Positions 61,358 to 64,000 of a stretch of 64,000 nt of DNA are shown in pieces. The position numbers and the translations under genes are program-made. The notes below the pieces were generated by a model. The model saw nothing but the letters and a program-made list of their open reading frames with translations. It ran no database searches and was not told the origin of the DNA. Source of the stretch: Podarcis muralis (lineage: Eukaryota). Position 1 is the stretch's first letter. The number at the start of each line of letters is the position of its first letter. The stretch is from assembly GCF_964188315.1 (NCBI RefSeq), contig NC_135655.1, positions 67,580,001-67,644,000 of the forward strand. Direction: 5' to 3'.

Positions 61358-64000
61358 TATTCTATATATTTACTGATGAACACCACAGGCCCACATTTTA
61401 GCTTTTTCGAAAATACTGACTTATCTATCCTACGGGTCCCCCCCACTGAGATTCCAGAGGGTTTTCTGTGACCCCACAACACCCCCTTACTATTATTCTA
61501 CAAAATGTGATGCTAAAAGGTAGAGGTAACACTACGCTATATCTGCATATATATTTTTATTCATAAAAATACCTACTTTTTCACTTTAGCTGCACACCCA
61601 GAGAGCTGACCTTGGCCTGAAAAGTGTTAGCCACCACTGTGATACCTCAAACCCAAACTATTACTAACATATAGGGTACTTGGGCAGATGGGCTGTTTAT
61701 TTGCCAACATTTGGTGGTTATTATCTACTTTGTATTACTATTATCCCATCACTTTTCACACTGCAAAAAGTCCAATAAGAGAAGTGAATGGATATTGCAC
61801 TGGAAAGGACAGAACCTCCACTGGTTACCCCTAATGTCTTATAATCTCTGCATGAATATATATATATTAGCATGAATGCTTAATAGACAAGCAACTCTAG
61901 CACAGGCTTTACACAAACCTATCAGCATGTATGCTCAATATACAACTCCTCTGGAAGCTCCCAAAGTTAGATAGTCCCACACTGGCAGACTTAACTGCTT
62001 TATTCATTACTCTACTTTGTAACAGATAATGCCACCTCCTGTTAAAGCAGTCACAAAATAAAGATAGAGATTTCAATCACAAGTTCTTACTATAATTGAA
62101 AAGCTAATATATGAAGCCTTAACTCTTCTGGGATAGGTTGAGAAAATAGGCTGCTCTCAGTGCAAAATGGTACATCACCACTAAGGTGATAAGAGATTCA
62201 TTAGCATTAATGACGCAGGTTCAAAAAACCCTGTTGAACACAGCTTATATGTACTCTGGGCAAATGAAGTATTGACTGGAGGTTTATTATTCTGTAATTC
62301 ACTTTCAAACTCAACTATGAGTCAAATGCTAAATTTAAAGCTAAGTTGCCACCTGTGGCATATAATATCTTTGCTCTGCCAGTTTTTCCTCTGCTTAGGG
62401 GACGATCAAGATATCAAGTGTTTAAAGTGCTAAAAGTGAAGGCAAAGTCAGCCAACAGATCCTAATACACTTAAAACTAATAATGAAAAATGCTTCAGGA
62501 TTCTGTTTTCTCTTTGTCTGGGGACACATTTTAAAAATGCAAAAAGGCAGGAGAAATTAAGCCTTATGTCCTCTTTTTTCTCATATTTCACAGTGTGGGC
62601 TCAGCTAGTAAATATGTTTTTGATAGTAAGGAAGATGAAAACATCTATTTGTTAGCAGACAAAAGCATATATACAGCATGGTAGTATTTGATACATTTTG
62701 TTAAAGGTAATGGAGCCAAACAAAATAAAATGGCACTTGAGCCCATAGAGATGAGAAGGACAAGATGAAGAAATATATTAATCAACCCTACCTCTCAAGT
62801 AATGCCAGTTTTCTGCCATACAGCAAAAGACCTTCCTCCATTGTTACTATAGAGAAAAGAGAGAAAGATAAATGGCTTCCATTTAATTGGGCCTCACAAA
62901 AAGGTCTCTGGCAAAAGTGTGAACTTTACTTCACCTGTTCATTTCTCCAAAGAGGTATGAATTATTCTTTATACTCACCTAACACATTTAGGACTGAACA
63001 GCGGATGTGGAACAAAATCTACAGGGAGGGGAGGTTTTTTTGAGTAGCTATTGTAAGTATTCTCTACACATTGGTTTCTATGTCTCCTTTTGTTTTTATT
63101 TGTATGCAACTAATCTTGCTTTTTTATGATAGCACTTGCTCATTTTAAATTATGCACGTATTTCTTAAAGTGATTCCTTTAGACAGGTGTTGCATCTAAT
63201 GATCATGACACTAGAAGACAGCTACCCCTGTGCAGCCCTCAAAACCATCTCCAGAGTGTTAGGTGACCTCAACAATGTGGGACTAAGATGTATGGGACTG
63301 CAACGGAAGGAGGTTAACACCTGAAACTGGGTGAAGGAACTGTGCCCAAGCGGAGCACTCCTCTTGTGAGATTCTGCCACCCAATTTCAGGCACTTGCCC
63401 CTCTCTCATTGCAGACCTTTACAACACGGACTACACTGTTCAGAAGGACCACACAGCCCTCTGAAGAGGCTTCATGGAGTTAAGGGTCTACACAGCAGGA
63501 GATTGGAAAGGAAAAGATCGGTTGCCTTACTTTGCAACCTGTGCAGCCATTGCATACAGCCCATAATCTCCTGGAGCTTGTAAAAAATTACCAAATTTCC
63601 CCCTATTTTACAGTGTTCTCAGTATCAATGTTCTTAATGACTGTTTGACAAGGACCAATTTACACAAACTATGTGATGCTTCAAATTGCTGTTTGTTTTG
63701 GCTTATAGTAGACACGTTGCATGCAGGCACCCCTGAGTGGGCTAGCAGTGGCTTGCTACAAGATCTGTTCTGGTCAAGATATACCTGCAGACAACTAGCT
63801 CACCAGGCACAGCAATTTCAAGCAACTGTCCCAGTTGGTCATGAAGGTTGGACCTATATCATGGTCATTTACACCTAGAAAAGGCCAGCAGCATGATGAT
63901 GATAAATGAGAAACAACTTCTGTGTATCTTATTCTAACTAGGATAGCATATAAGGAACGGGCTGGCATCAGTTGAATTCCATCTGGAGGACTAAAGGTTG

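Overview
This window is vertebrate DNA, most likely from a lacertid lizard (inferred from Sauria SINEs and squamate-type CR1, L2, L1, hAT and Tc1/mariner repeats). It is not prokaryotic, so there are no operons, CRISPR arrays or rRNA. The only host gene is the 3' part of GALNT18 (polypeptide N-acetylgalactosaminyltransferase 18) on the + strand. Five coding exons (9257-9442, 11875-12012, 15510-15605, 45025-45189, 60205-60351), all with AG/GT boundaries in phase 0, encode the end of the catalytic domain and the ricin-B lectin domain, followed by a 3'UTR with poly(A) signals. The rest is intron or intergenic DNA rich in transposable elements, several with intact target-site duplications (TSDs). 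The most unusual object is at 45395-47180 (-): an 11-bp-TSD-flanked element that runs from an L1-type G-rich/YY1 5' end directly into an L1-type 3' tail with no ORF1 or ORF2. It is a candidate non-autonomous or spliced mini-L1, and it carries a nested young CR1. A young sense-strand L1 with an uninterrupted ORF2 C-terminus and a 16-bp TSD lies about 0.9 kb upstream of the same 165-nt exon, which is also bracketed by inverted repeat pairs. Almost all other ORFs in the track are spurious. Repeat family names come from recall of consensus sequences, not from a database search, and boundaries of old repeats are approximate.
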